A stretch of DNA of 46,833 nucleotides from a bacterium (GTDB lineage Bacteria > Zhuqueibacterota > Zhuqueibacteria > Zhuqueibacterales > Zhuqueibacteraceae): contig JBIOXB010000067.1 of the NCBI GenBank assembly GCA_044869275.1, positions 1 to 46,833 of the forward strand. Reading direction: 5' to 3'. Below, piece after piece: positions 44,171-46,833 of the stretch (position 1 is the first letter of the stretch; the number at the start of each line of letters is the position of its first letter). The notes beneath the pieces are model-generated. The model made no database searches. It saw only the letters and a list, made by a program, of their open reading frames with translations, and had not been told where the DNA came from. The translations under genes were made by a program, and so were the position numbers.

Positions 44171-46833
44171 CTATAGCGGCTTAACGCGCGACAAAGAACT
44201 CTTCAGCTTTGCCCAAATCCTCACCTGTGTCCCTCCCTCCGCCTGCGAAGCAATCTCGAACTTGCCTCCCACCTCCGCCATACGCTTGTTCATGTTGGGC
44301 ACGCCGTTCCCTTGCTCGTTTATTTTTTTTGTGTCGAAGCCTTTGCCGTTGTCTTGAATGACGATTTCTAGCGTATGATCGCAGGAAACGAGCTTCATCT
44401 CCATCTGCGTGGCTTGGGCATGCTTGATTACGTTGTGCAGCGCTTCTTTCACCACCATGAAAACGTGCCGGCGAAATTCCGCGGAAATCGGATAGCCGGG
44501 AACGTGCTCTGGAAAGTCGAGGCGATACTGCACCGGCGTCATTTCGAGATAATTCGCGGCATATTTGCGCAAGTACGCCGCCAGACTGTCGAGCGTGTTG
44601 TGCTGCGGGTTGATCGCCCAAATAATCTCGCTCATGTTGTCGATGGTGGCACGCGCGATTTCGGACATTTTCTGCAACCGTGCTTGCAGATCGATAGGCG
44701 CGATGGCACCGATGGATGGTGCAGAATTTCGCAGGCAATCGGCTATGCTGTCACTCCCGCTTGCGCGGGAGTCCAGGTTGGGCTTGATTTCTGGATTCCC
44801 CCTTTCTCGGGAGTGACAAAACGAAGCATCATCAACGTATGAATCACTTAAATCCTTCTGCGCCAGGTCGCTGAGAATGGCGATCTTGGTCAGGTTCGCA
44901 CCGAGTTCATCGTGCATATCTTGGGAAATTCTCTTGCGTTCGTTTTCCAGCGCCTGCTGGCGTTCCAGCTCCTCCACTCTGTTTCGAAATTTGCGCACGG
45001 AAACATATTTCGCCGCGCCAGCGACCGCGCTGAGAATCAGGGCAACGGCCAGCGTGCGAAACCACCGCGTCATCCAAAACGGCGGCACGATGGAAATTTC
45101 GAGGGTGCTTCCCTGTTCATTCCACACGCCGTCGTGATTCGTGCCTTTGACTTTGAAAGTATAGGAGCCGGGATCGAGATTGGTGTAACGCGCAAAGCGC
45201 CGCACGCCGCAATACACCCAATCCTTGTCAAAGCCTTCGAGCATGTAGGCGTATTGGTTGTTCCCGGGGTGCGTGTAGTCCAGCGCGGCAAATTCAAATG
45301 AGAAAACATTCTCCTCGTACGCTAACTCGATGGCATCGAGATCCGCAACCTCAGCCGCCAGCTTCACCGGCAAATCAAATTTCTTAAAATCGGTGAACAC
45401 GATCGGCGGCACAAACCGGCTGTCGTTGACCGAATCGGGATGAAAAGCATTGACGCCGTTAATGCCGCCGAAGAACATCTCACCGGTTCTTTTGCTGCAA
45501 TGATAAGCGCCGGTGTTGAATTCGAAAGATTGCAAGCCGTCTTTCAAAGCATAATTGCGAAACCTGCCCGCCGCAGGATTGAATTTTGACAAACCGCCAT
45601 TGGTGCTCAACCAGAGATTGCCGCGATCATCGCCCAAAATGCCGTAAATGAATGAACTGGGCAGGCCGTCTTTTTCATAATAGCGTGTGAAGGCTTCCGT
45701 CTCAGGATCAAGTTTGTTCAGGCCGTCGGTTGTGCCAATCCAAAGATTGCCCTGTCCATCTTCAAAGATGGCTTTGATGTAGTCATTGCCCAAACTGTTC
45801 GGGCTGGACGGATCATGAAAATATCGCGTAAACGTCTTGTCGGCGCGATTGAATTTATTCAAACCGTGGTGCGTGCCGACCCAAAGAACACCGCGCCGGT
45901 CTTCATAAATGACGGTCACCGGCTTGCTGCTCAGGCTCGCGGGATTCTCCGGCTGATGCTGATACGATATGGTTTGACGAGTATCCTTGTCATACCTGCT
46001 CAACCCTTCGCCACCCACCCAAAGCTTGCCTTCGTGATCTTCACAAATCGCGTTACCAATTTCCCGCGGCAAGGCCAGCCGCCTGCCCTCGGCGTTACCC
46101 GGATGCGCAAATCTTCCACGCTCGCGATCGCAGCGATTCAGGCCATGACATCCCAGCCAGAGAATTCCATCTCGATCTGCACAAATCGCCGTCACGCCTC
46201 CAGCGGGAATGGTCGAGGGATCGCCAGGATCATGCCTGTAATTCGTCATTTTTCCGGTGCGGCGATCGTAGCGGTCCACGCCGGAGTGATTCGTGCCGAT
46301 CCACACATCGCCGTCGCGATCTTCACAAATTGATTTCGGCAAATCCAAACTGAGGCTGTTGCGATTGCCCGGCTCGTGCCGGTGATGCGCGAATTTCGGC
46401 GGGCGCGGGTCGAGCTTGCTCAAGCCGCTGCCATCCGTGGCGAACCACATCAGGTTCGAACGATCGCCATAAATACTGGTGCAGTTTCCATAACTAACGC
46501 TGGTGGAATTTTGGGGATCATGGCGGAAGCGCAAAAACTTGCCGCTGACACGATCCCAGCGATTAACGCCAGTGCGCGTGCCGAACCACAGCGCGCCGGT
46601 GACGTCTTCACAAATGGCTGCGACTTCGTTGTCCATCAGTGTGGTAGAGTCGCGAGGATCGTGCTGAAAATGGAACGTCACCCTCTCTTTTTCACGATCA
46701 AAAATCACCAACCCACTGTGTGCCGTGCCCACCCAAAACGTTCCGCCTTGATCTTCGTAAATCGAGGTCACGCCGTTATGCACGTCGGGCCCCGAGGGTG
46801 GTGCTAGAGCATAGCGCTTGAAAAGGCCGGTGC
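44171..46833 (-). CDS. Sensor histidine kinase (Reg_prop propellers, Y_Y_Y, TM, HisKA_3, HATPase), 5' end outside the window
   Basis: IYEDxxGxLWVGT repeats, YAYMLEGFD...YTNLDPGSYTF, RISQDMHDELG, EALHNVIKHA, DNGKGF; frame stays open to the window edge. Confidence 0.95.
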   Translation of the reverse strand, partial: TGLFKRYALAPPSGPDVHNGVTSIYEDQGGTFWVGTAHSGLVIFDREKERVTFHFQHDPRDSTTLMDNEVAAICEDVTGALWFGTRTGVNRWDRVSGKFLRFRHDPQNSTSVSYGNCTSIYGDRSNLMWFATDGSGLSKLDPRPPKFAHHRHEPGNRNSLSLDLPKSICEDRDGDVWIGTNHSGVDRYDRRTGKMTNYRHDPGDPSTIPAGGVTAICADRDGILWLGCHGLNRCDRERGRFAHPGNAEGRRLALPREIGNAICEDHEGKLWVGGEGLSRYDKDTRQTISYQHQPENPASLSSKPVTVIYEDRRGVLWVGTHHGLNKFNRADKTFTRYFHDPSSPNSLGNDYIKAIFEDGQGNLWIGTTDGLNKLDPETEAFTRYYEKDGLPSSFIYGILGDDRGNLWLSTNGGLSKFNPAAGRFRNYALKDGLQSFEFNTGAYHCSKRTGEMFFGGINGVNAFHPDSVNDSRFVPPIVFTDFKKFDLPVKLAAEVADLDAIELAYEENVFSFEFAALDYTHPGNNQYAYMLEGFDKDWVYCGVRRFARYTNLDPGSYTFKVKGTNHDGVWNEQGSTLEISIVPPFWMTRWFRTLAVALILSAVAGAAKYVSVRKFRNRVEELERQQALENERKRISQDMHDELGANLTKIAILSDLAQKDLSDSYVDDASFCHSRERGNPEIKPNLDSRASGSDSIADCLRNSAPSIGAIAPIDLQARLQKMSEIARATIDNMSEIIWAINPQHNTLDSLAAYLRKYAANYLEMTPVQYRLDFPEHVPGYPISAEFRRHVFMVVKEALHNVIKHAQATQMEMKLVSCDHTLEIVIQDNGKGFDTKKINEQGNGVPNMNKRMAEVGGKFEIASQAEGGTQVRIWAKLKSSLSRVKPL
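44749..44818. repeat. REP/RPE-like palindromic element inserted in frame in the kinase gene
   Basis: tgtcactcccgcttgcgcgggagtccag...ctggattccccctttctcgggagtgaca, translated as CHSRERGNP...LDSRASGSD. Confidence 0.85.

Noticed and set aside
75..46807. Many long overlapping ORFs, e.g. 8994-9818, 15509-16336, 20249-21397, 33809-35074
   Set aside because: Antisense or shifted-frame shadows of well-supported genes in GC-rich DNA; no recognisable motifs.
28320..46833. Prophage or integrative element at tRNA-Leu
   Set aside because: No integrase, transposase, phage or conjugation genes visible.

Overview
GC-rich bacterial chromosome segment with two halves. The C-terminal 'NYPNPFNPTTTIRF' sorting domains, SBBP repeats and short-period repeats suggest an FCB-related lineage such as candidate division KSB1 (inference only). 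About 1-28.4 kb is mostly housekeeping on the minus strand: a Cys4 protein, egtC, folB, folK, deoxynucleoside kinase, MsbA-like ABC transporter, ridA, purF, UbiA-family, PgsA-like, ftsY, rimO, LD-carboxypeptidase, purN, purH, mreBCD-mrdA-rodA, GT39 and GtrA. It also holds a Zn-dehydrogenase next to a MauG-like diheme/beta-helix fusion, and a tRNA Gly-Cys-Leu cluster. From 28.4 kb on the region is accessory: three large secreted proteins with T9SS-type C-terminal domains, a NarL/LuxR regulator, an AT-rich membrane protein and a Reg_prop/Y_Y_Y sensor kinase. Main observations: (i) a subtilase and a peptidoglycan amidase share a gap-free 1632-bp tail of 8 SBBP repeats plus sorting domain but have unrelated heads; (ii) a conserved ATC(G/A)CACAAAA motif occurs four times upstream of genes near the two-component pair, suggesting a local regulon; (iii) a REP/RPE-like palindrome sits in frame inside the kinase, with two related intergenic copies; (iv) folK has no usable in-frame start codon; (v) two unusual diheme peroxidase-fold fusions. 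All product calls come from motif recognition; no database searches were run.
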